Notes under the pieces: generated by a model
Databases searched by the model: none
The model's input: the letters and a program-made list of their open reading frames with translations, nothing else
What the model was told of the DNA's origin: nothing
In this document: one piece after another, positions 34,502 through 47,900 of the stretch
How positions within the stretch are numbered: the stretch's first letter is position 1
Layout of the letters: every line of letters starts with the position of its first letter
Made by a program: the position numbers and the translations under genes
Source of the DNA: Schizochytrium sp. TIO01
Lineage: Eukaryota > Protista > Bigyra: Labyrinthulomycetes
Length of the DNA: 64,000 bases
Direction of reading: 5' to 3'
NCBI GenBank assembly: GCA_004764695.1
Contig: SMSO01000014.1
Coordinates: 1,669,648-1,733,647, forward strand

Positions 34502-37500
34502 TTTCAGTCGCCCTTTACGCACAATATTGTATACTCAACTTTCGGGGCAACTTCAGTGGATTAAGTTTATTTTAGGGCAAACCTCTCTCAAAAGAAGTGC
34601 GCGACTTGAGAATGAACAACCCCTTCAGTTTTGTCCTCTCGATCAAATCTACGAGGCAAAATTTGACCTAGGCTGGAGTTTCCGGCCTTTGTATGTATGA
34701 CAGGACAAATCGCGATACGAGGTTCTCTTAAGCAAGACTGACACAGACACAGTCACAAACGCAAGAGAAATCACAAGTGCACGAAGCGCGTCTTCGCCGC
34801 GTCTTGTACAGTTGAAAAGCTCAAGAAACGAGCTTAAGATCAAACTGAAATGGACAAGTGAAAAAGTAGAAACCGATGTAATGCTACACAAAATACAGCT
34901 CCAGCCAGAATCAGGCGTCGTGACCTCAAGGGCCGGTTTCGAGGGCGCGCAGGAGCGCCGCCGCCACAAGGTCCACACCACGACCGCCGCAGCTCTCTAT
35001 GGCTTCGGACGGACGGGATTGGGAATTGCCTCCAGAAGAAACCAACTCCTGAGATGAATAAATAAACAAAAAGTGAAAGAAAAGAAGGGAAAAAGAAAAG
35101 AGAAAAGAAAGAAAATGAGTGAATTCCAGAATTCATCAAACATCATCAAACAATGATCAATGCAATCGTACGAGCTCAAAAAATCAAACTATATGAGTCG
35201 CGGGAATATCTGCAGGGGTTTTCCCAAGCATGCAAGGTTCTGGCACGGTTGGATGTCTATTCGGATTCCCTGGTCTTGAGCTTACGCACCTCAATTTTCT
35301 CTCATGTGTGCAAAAATTGGAGAAGATCTGTTATTATTATTATTAAAATGTTATACATGAAATTGCAATCGTGATTGCAACGAAGTTTACGACCCATTGC
35401 AAACCAAAGATATCTTGCCGACGAAGAGTGGCTATCGACTTAGACGCGACGATGGGCACAATGGAGCAAGTATACCGTGGTGGCCGGTATTGGTCTTAAG
35501 TTATAGTGTGTCTATCGCGAGCAGAATTCACACGCTCGACCACCGCTTAAGGTCAAAGAAATGCAAATAAACTCTCGTGTGGGCTGGCAAGGCTTCTTCG
35601 TCGAGCAAACGATCCAAGTTGATGAAGGCGTCCAGCCTCACGTCAAAACAGCATTCTTCTGCAAACTCCACTGCAGCTGGCACCTGCCTAGACATCCAGA
35701 CGAAACGAAAGCTAAGCAGGTATGTATGTACCAACCAACCTAAGTACCTCTAAACCCTCGTTCTTCGTAATTGTTGAGCCCTCAAACTCATCATTCTTCA
35801 GAATATCACATACAGCCACGTCGTGCGCTGTTCATGTTCACAGATGGGCTTCTTCAAGAGCCCTGAGTTCATGTTTCGGTTTTACGAGAGAGGCATCTCA
35901 GGGCAAGAAGCACCCTGCAGCCAGCGGAGATGAACGTTTGCAGAAGCAACTCGTCCACAGCACACGTTCGCAGGTATTCCATGCCATCTGTCGTTAATTG
36001 GAGTCACAAGCCAGAAGCTAGCTAGCTCCACCAGCATCTTCCCCAGCTCAAGAAGTAATTTCGGAATGCAGAGCATTTTTGGTTGGAAACCGACCATCAT
36101 GATAGTACATAGCTACGCTCCTTCATAACCACTAGCTCTAGAGATACATACATCATCGGCAGATACTTACACACTTACATTCTTGCTTACTAACCTGCAA
36201 TACTTACACTTACTTACCTACTTAGCAAGAACGAGCTTCGACTTCTTGCAAAGCGAAAAGGCGAATGAATTGCATTTGGAAACTCGTCATGAACGCTTTT
36301 GCCACATCCCGAGGACCTCGAAGCCTTGCACCATCACATATCGCTTCTTCTCCCGGCACCACTGGGTACCTACCTACCTATAGCTAGCTAGCTAGCTACC
36401 TTCGAGACACTCGCGCAGTCAGTCTTCATTCAGAGCGCTTCCACAAAGACTTCTTGAGCGAGGTTTTTATCACCTACACATCCCAAAACCTGAAAGAAAT
36501 AATCGGGCAAAAGGAAAAAGTGATTACTGAGCGATCAATCACATTATGATTTGGTAGCGGAGCCTTTTCTAAAGAGAAGTCAAAAGCATAAGTTATATCG
36601 TACTTCGTCCGTATACCGATCGCATTACATTTCAACTTTAAGGACAACAGCAGATTAAAAGAAGAAAATTAGTGGCGAGGGAACGGGGGGAACCCTCGTG
36701 TTGCGATGCCTACGAAAGGCATATACTGTTTACTCTACTGGTGACAGAGGCGTGTTACATGAGGAGTAGGGTACCCCTATTGAATACGGTAGGAGTGGCG
36801 TGTTGGCTACGTCATTAGACCGTCTTAGATAGATGCTGCTTGCTTCTGTGGAGAAGAAAACGAAGCTCGAAGAAGCGAGCCCGGACTGATCCGTCAGGCT
36901 GAATAAGTCGTCGAAAGATCGAGCTGCACAGCTTCGTCGCCTCTGATTGATCTGCTGTAGAAGGTCTCAGCCGTATTGTATCACGTCTCGCTTTCGAGCA
37001 AGGAATGTGCGAACGAACTAACTTTTTTAGTGTCAATCGGGAATTTTTCTAAAGCTAGCCCTTACTAGAGAGCAGGTACCTACCTACCTAACTACTATCG
37101 TTAGTTACGTGGCACGGCGCACGGAGCAAGAGATTGGCATGAAAGGGCCGTTGGGCCTCTAAATAGGCCATATAGTGTAATCCGGTAAAGCGCTAAGAGG
37201 TCTAGGTGTTGCGAGCCCAATCTGAATGCCGGGCCTGGGCTCCCAAAGTTGATTGTAGAAGGCTGAGGGAAGAGCCTGCATACTCAAAAATAAACCTTCA
37301 TGCGACTGACCTGAGCTAGCTATCTAGGGTTGAGAAGCTTATCGTCGTAAAGAAGTGAAACTTTCACAAGGTCACAGCTCTCCAGACCTTGGATAGGGAC
37401 GAGACACGAGCCTGCTAAGGAACAGGCTGAAGACGTGTGGTGAAGTTTTGGGACTCGCTCAAAATACCCTTTCAGCGAGGCCTAGAGCTCGCAACACAGG

Positions 37501-37508
37501 AGCCCGAG

Positions 37509-39768
37509 ATGGCAGGTAAAACAAAGAAACTTTCACTAACAAGGTCATGGTCACTAGCCCAATTGCTTGCTGTAGCTTGTGCTTTTGTGGTACATCCAGT
37601 GCATGCCATTGACTTTAAATATGGGAAACAAATACAACATGAACAACCAACACTCTGCTGGCACAGGAAATGTGGAAGTGGATGTAACATGGTCTTCAGT
37701 GCCGCTGTTGTCAGAGTCAACAACTTCATATGTGCCCCTTCCCTCAGGCTGCGAATGCCTTGATTTGGCTCAAACAAACAAGACATGTACGGCGTTCCAG
37801 TGTCATGAAACATGTAACTTGAACATTGGTCAGTGTGATGAGTTCTGCTGCAGTGATCCAGATTGTACCTCAGACGACATCGCCCGGTTTCAATCTGTAG
37901 GAGAATGTTTACCTGATGGTAGTTCCACAGATTCAACCCTGTGCACAGATACAACATCACTTGATCAAGTCAACGAGAAATACAATTTATATGTAGAGTC
38001 AGATGACCGAGCACTGAATGGCTTCCTTTGTGTTTCTGTTGTGAATAATCCTATTGAAGGTGAGTATTTCAACCCTCAGACAAGCCTTGTAAACAACTAT
38101 GCCGTGCTAGACTCATCCGATTATACACCAGACTATTCGTTTGCAATTAGCGAGGCATCTGATGCCGAGTCTGGTGAGTCTGCGTACTTGCCAGGTGATA
38201 ATATTATTGCTGCATGGGGCTCAGAGTCTTTACGTGCGATTTGGGGAGGTTTGCTCAGCTTGCCGACGGCAGGGCCAGATGGAACATGCATAGACAACAA
38301 TTACGTCGAGTACGGCACAGATGTTCAGGTGAATGACTGCACCCAAGTAATTATTGACCTTGCAGCCACTTGTCAAGAAGAGTATGGCCCGCTTTCTGCC
38401 ACTCTCTTTGGCGAGCTCCTCCACATAGGCCTTATCCCTTCTGCAACCGTCAGCACGCCTTCATCAAACTGGCAAAAAGTTACTGTTGAAAATCTTTACA
38501 GTAAGTCCTTGAGTAATGGAGCCATTACATCGTTGCAGGAAGCAACATCTGCACCAACTGTATCTCCGACAGCAGCACCCACGCTAGCGACTGGTTCACC
38601 TACTGTAACAACGACTGGTTCTCCAACTTCAGTGAACTCAACAGGTACTCCTACAGATGCACCTACCCCTCAACCAACTGCTGCCCGGCGCCAGCTCCAG
38701 GTTGCTACTGTTCCTACAACAACTTGGGATGCTAGTACACAAACTTGTCAAAATGCTGTGGTGGGCGTAGAGTATACAATTGAGCACAATTCAATCGGTG
38801 AGATCAGTGATTTTCAAGTAGATTTGACATTAGCGAATATCCCATTAGGAGCTTTGGATAGTGTTGCTGTCACTCAAAGCTACCACGTCAACTTTATCAA
38901 TACGGAATCAAACAGCGTCTCCACTGCACCAGAGCGTGTTGTGTCAGGGAACCCTGGCTATATTAAAGGTCTTCCTGTTCAAGCAGGTAGCATCACAACA
39001 CAGGATTCTGGCACCGACGATGAAAAAACAGCGATTGCTTATCTGCCAGATGGGCTAGCCATTATGAGTGCTGCAGGCTCTCGAGGCGACTGTTTTGACC
39101 TAACTGGGTCTTCTAATAAGTGGTACGACGTTATTAGCAACACTTCGGTCATGGAAACACCAGTCTTATTCGGTGTCGACGCAGTATCAACGTGTACAGT
39201 GTCTCTCACCTACAGTGACTTTCAGGATATGACATCGTGGTGTGTAGATCGCCGTAGCGCGCCAATTTTCACCATGGGTGCTGATCGTATTGGGATCTAT
39301 GGAAATGCCAATCCTTGGAGTGCGTGGGAATGGGTTACTTTACACAGGGAAACGTCCCAGCTTTCATCTACTGCGCAGTCTTCTGTTCCAGGAACGTTGA
39401 CCTGTGCGAACATGATCGACCGCGTCAGCATTGAAATCCTTTGGACAAATTCAGGAGAACTAGGAAACCCTCAACCAATGATTCTCACGGCGCGCGCATA
39501 TGTGGACCAGTCAGATTGGCAATGGCGAAAGACTGCCAACAGCAATGCCACGCAGAAATTTACTATTCAGCACACGGTAACCTTTGTGGAGCATAAGCTC
39601 TCTGCAGAAGACCGCTTTGCTTACAAGCCAGAGGTGCCCCCAATCATTCCTGCGATCCCTGCAGATGTATTTTACCCCTTCGATATTGTGTCTGCGGCTC
39701 CCCGTCAAAACCAATTTACATTGGCGGCAGTCTTGCTTTTTGTCTTTGCTTTTGCCCAGGTTTTTTAA
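37509..39768 (+). CDS. Tectonic-family ciliary transition-zone protein; +1 frameshift near 37612-37630 between the signal peptide and the mature region
   Basis: Cys motif CNLNIGQCDEFCCSDPDC, SGNPGYIKGLPV, PVLFGVDAVSTC, C-terminal IPADVFYPF and a hydrophobic tail. The signal peptide MAGKTKKLSLTRSWSLAQLLAVACAFVVHPVHA starts at ATG 37509 in a different frame. Confidence 0.85.
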
Positions 39769-40041
39769 ACATGATATTGAATTTTTAAACCCCCCTTGTT
39801 TCGTCACAACTAGTCCTTGCTAGCCTTAATTTATTTCTTTTGCGAATGCCAGCAGGAAGTCTTCAAAGGGATATAACTCCAAGTCGAGTCAGATGCAAGA
39901 GTATTGAATCTAAAATAAAATAGGAATCAGGCAGAAATCCAAAAGATCATTTACTAATTGGAAGAATGAATCTATCTAAACTCAACAAGTGAAATGTAGG
40001 GTCAAAACTAGATGCCAACTATCCAGGCAAGAAATGATTAG

Positions 40042-40953
40042 TTACATAAAGTACGTGGGCAGGGACGTCATCATCTGGTCGGGATCACCAGCTTGCTCGC
40101 GGAATATCTTAAACTCACGCTGCAGGTTCTCATCCAGGCTGAGAATTGCGGCAATATTACCACATCGATAGCAGTAGTTAGGGGCACTCCAGACAGTAAC
40201 AAGAATGCTACCAAATTTGTAGTCAAAACCGCTTTGCTGCAGCTGGTGAGCGCGCGCAACAAGTTCAAGGGAGTTGATGTGGTTAAATTGCTTAGTGGGA
40301 GCCTCGCCAAATAGGAAACCAGCGCCACGAGGACTTACGCACCAACCATCAATGTCTTCTGGGTCAGACCACATAAGGTCGCAGAAGGGACCGCGCTGGG
40401 GAATCTCCTGAAGTCGATCCAGAGTTCGGATTTGGTCAATTGTGCGAAGTTCAGGGCTGAGACCACCATGCGTAGCAAGCACACGCCCATCAACGAGGGC
40501 GGCAAGGCAAAGGTAGTCGAATACTTCTACAGAGTATTTCCATGCGTTTGCGTGACCGTATTTACGAATACATTCATCATAGAATCCATAAACTTGCGTG
40601 ATCTGACGAGATTCATGGTTTCCGCGCAACAAGTATACGTGTTTGGGATATCTTGCCTTGAGACAAAGCAATAGCTGGAATGTTTCGACAGAGTGGTGAC
40701 CACGATCTACGTAGTCACCGAGGAAGATGTACTGGGTGTTTGGCACATCCCCGCCAGTACGAAAAAGCTCCAGCACATCGAAAAATTGACCGTGAACATC
40801 ACCACAAATAGTCACGGGGGCGGAGACGGCCACCACGTTACTCTCTTCAAGGAGGATGCCCTTCACCACCTCGCAGATTTTACGGAGAACATTCTCCTCA
40901 AGGAACTCGCCCTTCATCACCTTCTCTAATGCTTCTTCGATAAGGCCTCCCAT
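40042..40953 (-). CDS. PPP6C: PP2A-family Ser/Thr phosphatase catalytic subunit, most like PP6/Sit4
   Basis: [53 protein letters not shown] resembles PP6 (GNANAW) more than PP4. The PP6 versus PP4 call is moderately certain. Confidence 0.82.
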   Translation of the reverse strand: MGGLIEEALEKVMKGEFLEENVLRKICEVVKGILLEESNVVAVSAPVTICGDVHGQFFDVLELFRTGGDVPNTQYIFLGDYVDRGHHSVETFQLLLCLKARYPKHVYLLRGNHESRQITQVYGFYDECIRKYGHANAWKYSVEVFDYLCLAALVDGRVLATHGGLSPELRTIDQIRTLDRLQEIPQRGPFCDLMWSDPEDIDGWCVSPRGAGFLFGEAPTKQFNHINSLELVARAHQLQQSGFDYKFGSILVTVWSAPNYCYRCGNIAAILSLDENLQREFKIFREQAGDPDQMMTSLPTYFM

Positions 40954-42046
40954 TGTTAATACTTGATGGACGTCTAGATGGACGAAACTACTTCAACGCA
41001 GGGAAAAAAGACCAGAAGAACAAAAACAAAACAAAAAAGAAACAATGTCTGACGTGTAATCCCAGGTGATCAAGCTGTTGGATTCTGTTGGATCAAAATC
41101 CCTTTGATCTCAGTTTCCGTAGCGTCAGTTGAACCACTCGGTGTCTACCAGAGCAGAGCTCAATCAGGAGTGGGTATGAGTTATAGTTCGTCGAGATGAC
41201 TTTTGACTTTGAGAATCCTGACTCAAGGCGTCAAGATCTCCCACCTTCAGATTAAAAATTATGCCAAGAACGACTGCCACAGCTAAACACAATGTCTCCA
41301 GATTAATCTGACAAATTGGCAAACCACAACTGCGCACAATCGAAGGCTCAAGGCAGATATTGACCAAGACGACGACGAAGACGTAGGCAAATTGCTTGAT
41401 GAGCAAACTAATCTGTTGCCACACGAGTAGCTGGTCACTGCCTGCTCGAATTCACCGAGGAGCGTAGGGCTGGTCGGGGTCTGCGGAGACCTCGTCGAAG
41501 CGAGCGCAGGGTCAAAGCTTGGCTCGGCTCGGCTCTGCGACACAGCAATCGTCCTCAGGAGGACAATGAAGGCCGAATGAGTGAAGGAATGAGCGCAAAG
41601 AGTCCTAGCTTATTCCCAAGACAGCTACTAACCAGAGCCAACTACTGCCCTTCCTAGTGTTGCAAAATAATTAATTAAATAGAAAGCGAGAACCTATGTA
41701 CTAGCAGTTAGTAGCATCTACTATGAGAGTAGATAGATAGATACCTTAGAGAAAAAGCATGAGGCAGAAGAAGTACATTCCCCTGAAGCTATAAGCACAA
41801 GTACAAAGAGGAATTACAATTCACTATATCTAAATAATTCAATGTAAATGTAGAGATATACTTCACTTGTGCTGAGACGCTCGGCACTTGGCAGAATGCA
41901 GGAGGACTCGGTGTAATGCGGGATAGGAAATGGTGAAGGTTGGCAGGAAAGGAGTAGTAGAGATGGTGTCGTAAGTATCTTGATTTTTATTTCTTGTGAC
42001 ATTGGTCCTTGAAAGGAGAAGAAGAAGAAGTATAGGCGTTAGTGCG

Positions 42047-44969
42047 TTAATTGGACTTGGTGGCGGAAGGCAAAGTCATAGAAATTCCACGTAAGAACAC
42101 CGATGCGAGCGCAAAGAGGAGAGGAATGAAAATCAATTGGCAATTGACAAAACCGAATTGGGAAATTGAATTACCGATCTCTAGCCAAGACCCCTCGTCC
42201 CGCACCCAGAAGAATAGATGCACAGCAAGCAAATCGCAAAGAGTAAGAACTAAGAAGAAAAGACGATGTGGTGAGACCCCGGACACACCAGCAGCACGAC
42301 GTTCTGCTGATATAATGGTCACAAGAGATGTGACCAGAGTATATGGCACGAGGAGTTTAAAAATCAGAAGGCTTCCCATAAGAAACGGTGAAAACACTGT
42401 CGTAAAACGAAACGAGGAGCTAATCTGAAATGAACTCATGGAAGCAATGTTGCCAGTTCCAAAAAATGCAATGTGAACGAAACAAAGAAACATGAATGCG
42501 CTACGGATGTCATCAATAGAGACACTGGCCTCAAATTCTGGTGTAGAATGCTCAGCGCCACCGCTCTTGGGCTCGGGCCCTCCTCTCTTCATCTTGAAGG
42601 CATAAAACATAGCTCGTTCTAGAACGAGCCACTGCATAAGGGTGAAACCTAATGCAACATAAAAGAGGACTTCAAAGTTAACACTCAACAAACAATAAGG
42701 TGTGGCAAGGCCAGCAAATATCGAAAGGTAACGCTTGTAAGGGGTGGTGGACGAATACACAACGAGAATTGGAGAGACAACAAAAGCAGCCCACGTAAGC
42801 ACCTGATTGATCAATGGTAACCCCTCCTTAGCACGTAGGCTCATGTCAGTTGTAAGCGACAAAACTGTTGCCAAGAGAATTAGCCCAAGCTGCGCTTTAC
42901 GTTGACTTGTAATTCCGTCAAGATCACTTTTGAAGAAAACAAATAAAAGGCCACTCATCAGAATCCCCCCAGCAAGGAGTAATACAGGTTGGTCATTCAG
43001 ATCGAGAGGAATTAAGGTGCAGGCCCCAAGTAACGCACAGCTCCCAAACCATGACGCCCGAATAGAGCGTCCTGATTTAGCTTTAAGCTGTCCTGTATGT
43101 GACTCATAACGAATGACATCAGCGTTCCACAGGGACGGAACAGTGCAAGGCCAGCATGCTAAAGCCAAGAAGAGAATGACGTAAATATTGCGGTATGTGT
43201 AACCATAGACAATGATCTGCGTGCCCGCTACATAAGTGAGAAGCATAATCACTGAGCGCTGGCGCTGTTGAACTGCACTTCGCCATGTTTTCCAGACCTC
43301 AGTACGGCGTGTGATGAGGGCCCAGAATAAACCAGCAAAGAGGAGATAAACATGATACATAAGAGGACTTTCTTCAATCACCTGCATTGCGAGGAGAACT
43401 GCACAAACAATGGTTACAATAACTGAGGCAGGGGTCCAAGCTGGGTCGTTTCCAGCATCATGAATTGTAAGCTCCCCTGCGAGTAAGAAAATCCAACCAA
43501 AGTAGCCTGCAACAATGACGCTTGCAAGATAAGGTCGATCATACACCTGGTAATACCGGAGTGCTTCAATCGATTTTTTCATGGAAATGCGTCCAAACTC
43601 GCCAGCCGCACTAAAGTTTGCAGAAAGCAAACTTTGTTCTGCTGCATGAAGAGCAGCTCGCGACGCGTCTGTCTCGGGAGAGGGTCTAAAAAATAGCTGA
43701 CGCGATCGGCGCATTGCCTCCTTGTATTCTACTTGGATAAGAAGCTGTTGAGCGTTGCGAACAAGCGCTTCGGCAGAATATTTTCCTGGATTCAAATATG
43801 CTTCTGGGAGACGTCCTACAGAGTTTACAGGAACTGGAACACCAATTAGTGACGCTAATAAAGGCGCAACATCTGCTTGCTCAACATCGTGGCGTGCAAG
43901 ATGGGCAAGGCCCCAGTTTCGAGAGAACTCTTCTTCTTTTTTAGCAGAAAATCCCGTGTTAATATCGTTTCGAGGATCGGAATCTCTGGTTTGGTGTTCT
44001 GGCTTGCGGATACCTGCCCCCCATGCAACTAAGGGAGTCCGAGTATTCGTGGGATGTCCATCTCCATGAGCGCCCTGGTCACCCATTCCATGGTCAGAAG
44101 TAAAAATGTACGCTGTGCCGTTGTCCTTAAAGTAATCTTCAAAGAGAGAATGAATTGCTCGAACACCCTTATCAACAAGGGCCATATTCTGATAATATTC
44201 AGGAGCGTGCGGGCGATGCGCGTGGCCATTAGAGTCAAGTCCAAGCAAGTGAAGGAAGAATATGACGCGGTCTTGATGCACTAGAGCGTGCAATGTGGCG
44301 TTTGTCTCAGATTCTTGGAGTAGTTCTGAAGCCTTGTTGAATACCCATGTGTCGAGCATCGTAAGGTCTTTTGCGGCAAAATCTTCCTCTTCAGGAGAGT
44401 AAAACCAATCTGATACATGTTCATGATGTTTAGCAAACATTCGGGTAATGTCTGGACTGCCCCAGAGCCAGGTACGGCGGCTCTGATTAAACACATGGTC
44501 AAAATCTACAGGATTATCTTGCCAACCTCGTGTTACAGCGCTGACATCTTCATAAAAGCCTGCAATCACAGCGACGTGGCCAGGGCGTGACTCTGTGGGC
44601 ACTCGTGTGTGCGAGATACCCCAGCGCCCCTTCGTTTCCACCAATTTCACGAAGAAATGATGTCTTGGCGGTAGGCCAGGTCACTGCATCTGCCTCATAA
44701 TGTGCTTCTCGTGCATTTGCTTTGCCTCGCGCCCTATCTGCATCATGAAATCTAACGTCTCTTCCCATAAATCTAAAGCAAGTATCTGCTCGAAGGCCAT
44801 CTGCAACAAAGAGAACGAGTCTTTTTGCCGGCGGTCGGGCGTCTTCTTCGGGCACCCTTACAGCCGGAATGCCTTCATCGATGGGCGATCTAAAGTAGAT
44901 GTCAAAGATACTGAAGAAGTAGCTCACATGAAACACAAAGCACGTCAAAAGCAGCACATTTCGTTTCAT
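42047..44969 (-). CDS. PIGN: GPI ethanolamine-phosphate transferase 1 (PIG-N/Mcd4); +1 frameshift at about 44640-44652
   Basis: The upstream frame has SIFDIYFRSP and PPAKRLVLFVADGLRAD...SFLR. The downstream frame has [69 protein letters not shown] and many TM helices. ATG at 44969. Confidence 0.93.
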
Positions 44970-47900
44970 CTTACCCGCCTCTCCTCCTCTTTGGCATCTC
45001 CACCCGTGCTTCAATCGTCAATGCGCATCTAGTCTTCATCTCCAATTGCGCCAAACTTTTCCCAATCTCATATTCGTCCCGCCAACTCTGCTAGAAGTCC
45101 TACCGCCCCTTAAGTGCTCTCTACCAGATGACAAACAGCACAAAAGGAATGCAAAAGAGAATCTCCTCTCCAATAACGAACCACGTGTATCTAATCCAAA
45201 TATTATCAGACTCATATGTTCTTAAAGTTCTTAGTGATACAATCCAGAATATCCTAGAGTTGCATATGGCAGTAAAAAGTCGGTTGGCCAATCAATCACC
45301 TTAATTGACGACATGTGGTCAGTAATAATATATGGTGGTAAGAGCGCCGTAAGGTGGTTGGTGTGCACACGAACGGCTTTTAAGAAAAGCGCCAGCACTA
45401 TAGGGATATATAGCCGTCCAGTAGGACTAAATTGAGCGTACTTTGGAAATTACTAAAGAGAGAGAAAGAGAACTCCTTTTTAACGTATGCTGATGAAACT
45501 ACCTTTTCTAGCTAGTATAAACAATAGCCTGAGTAGGCCTAGTTGAAGATGAAAATGTATATCAATATATTTCTTTCAAACAAAGTGAAGAAAGAATGAA
45601 CGAAAAGAGGAGAAAAAAGAAAGACAATTTGGAGTCGAATCGCAACGACATAAAAGAAAGAAAGAGAGGAAATAAGAAGGAAAAAGAGATTTAGATCGAC
45701 CGACTTTAGAGCAATTCCCAAATGGAATTCATCCTACTCCGCATTGCGATGGAGCGCTCCTTCGCGGCGCGATGCGGATTGCCTGCTGGTCGCAGCACAT
45801 GAGCCGACGTCGGCCGGCCCCACTGTGCATGCGTCCTAGGCTTGTTAACTGAGGGCCCGTCAAGCGCACTCCTCGTCGACGTCGACGCTGGAGGCAGCGG
45901 AATCGACTTTTGGCCAGTTTTGTCTTCGAGTTGGTGTCGTTGCTTTATCTCTTATTAAAATGCTCACAGTCCATCTGAACTGCACAGGGTTTTAGAGATG
46001 ACCTCATGGCGATCACTCGAGTGGCAGAGGAGGCGAGAAGTCGTGTCGTTCCTACAAATAGCGTGACGTATTTCTTTAGTGACTTAGAAGAGGCGAGGGT
46101 GCTATATGTTTGCGGGCCCGGTTGTTGTGTTCGTTGCGTTGAGGGGTTGATCTCCGGAAGGTATCGTCGCTTTCGCAAGAGCGGCCTCCGGGGACCTCCG
46201 CTGTGTTGTAATTTTTTGTTGTTGTTAATATGTTGTTTTATGTTGCAAGCTGGACGTGGTGTTGATGAGAGACTGGCAATAAAAATATGGCGATGGCGAT
46301 GGTGACGGAGGCAGCGTGACGCCACAAATGGCGGTAAACGCAGGAATCATCTTATACCGACAGGTAGCCGCGTGCACCTGTAGGGATGACCTGCAAAGAT
46401 TAACCATCTTTTATTTTGGTTTTTTAATTTGCTGCTACTATCCTCCTCCCTTTTCATATATTAGCTTTCTAAATATTGTATGGCAAGTTTCTGGGAACGC
46501 ATGGTTGGTGTCCAAAGGGACAGCTGGGGGCGTATTGCATTCGAAAGGGCTGGTGTCGTGTTGAATATAATACATCCATATAGATGCAGACAGCACAACT
46601 CCTCGGAAGTATGTGTTGCTGAAGGTACATGTTCAGTTTGTAATAATGTTTTGGGGGATCTGAGAAAAAGTTGCGTTGGCGCACCAGCCCGCGCATATGC
46701 CTTTTGACCAGCAATGCATGCATTTTACCACAGGTTGTTTTGTTTAAACGTTTGTCATCACCCACCGGGGTTACAAATGTTCTACTTGCATCTCGAATGG
46801 AGTTGTTAATTGGGTATCATAGAGTGTGAAATGAATTCCGCTTATGATTATTATAGTATCGATCTGTACCTTAATTTATGCGCCATCCGTCATCATTGTT
46901 ATCGCCCGATGTCACAAATTGTGGTCTTCAAACATCTAACCCCCAGCTACATGTTGTCGTAAATTCCCCGTATTATCCCCTCGTTTGTTAAGCCTATATT
47001 GGCGCTACCGTGTAAATGTGAAAAAATGGAATGTGATACGCGCTGGTTTGCGTGGAATGCCTACCGATCCATTGACCTATATGTTTTTGCGTTTGCATAC
47101 ACAAGCAATCTCTGCAAGGTACCTCAGCGTTTATCGGATGAGTTGATATGCTCAAGGTAGTCAAGATTACACCTTTCTCCTCCTGCTGCGGCAGGGCAAG
47201 CATGTTGATGTTCATGCCGGGGATTGGTAGTTCGGTGCAGTAGTTGAAAAACTTCTCTAAACAAGAATTCACAAAATGGTACGCAGACTCAGATTACATC
47301 GAACCCGGTCGTTAATTCGCATGTTGTGTTGCTACGTTTACCCTGTACTTCAAGTTTTATCCAGTTTCAGTTTAGACTCATCTTCACAGGTTGCTAGATA
47401 TACCAGGTGAGCCAAAATGTTTTATGGCGTAATTCACATGTCAAAAGAATGGGATGCAGACATTTAATCTTCACACACCGCATGCTTCAAGGTGAAAATA
47501 ATTTGCTAGCAATGCATATTTCAAACTTTCTGGACGTGAACAGGCTTGATTCCTCGAAAACCAAACCACAGGTTCAGAATGCGAGTCGGACATGTTTTTA
47601 CATCCGTCATCGTCCAGGTAGCGTTAGAATATGTCCTTGTTCGATACTGACCGTTCAGCAGGGCACAAAACACTCAAGATTGCCAGAGATCAATGCCGAT
47701 CACACTTTGCATAACCACGCCTATACAGTTCACTCCTCTACCTTGTGAGTCATTTGTGAATCATTTACGTAGTTGACTCAGACTTACCTTGCTTGAGTCG
47801 TATTTCGTTAAATTTCATAGGAAAGATAATCATGTACGCCGCATTTGCGCTACAGAGTCGGGGAGTTTTAAACAGTATGCGTTTGAAACTTTGTCTCTGC

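Noticed and set aside
36706-36752. Permuted hammerhead-like CGAAA...CTGGTGA
   Set aside because: Core mismatch, no room for stem I, and stem II does not pair.
37166-37240. tRNA-like start GGCCATATAGTGTAATCCGGTAAAGCGC (A-box/D-arm-like)
   Set aside because: No anticodon stem, no GTTCRA T-loop and poor acceptor pairing.
30323-44969. IRE1, tectonic and PIGN as a functional ER/GPI gene cluster
   Set aside because: Mixed orientations, interrupted by PP6, and secretory genes are common. No shared regulatory motif was seen.
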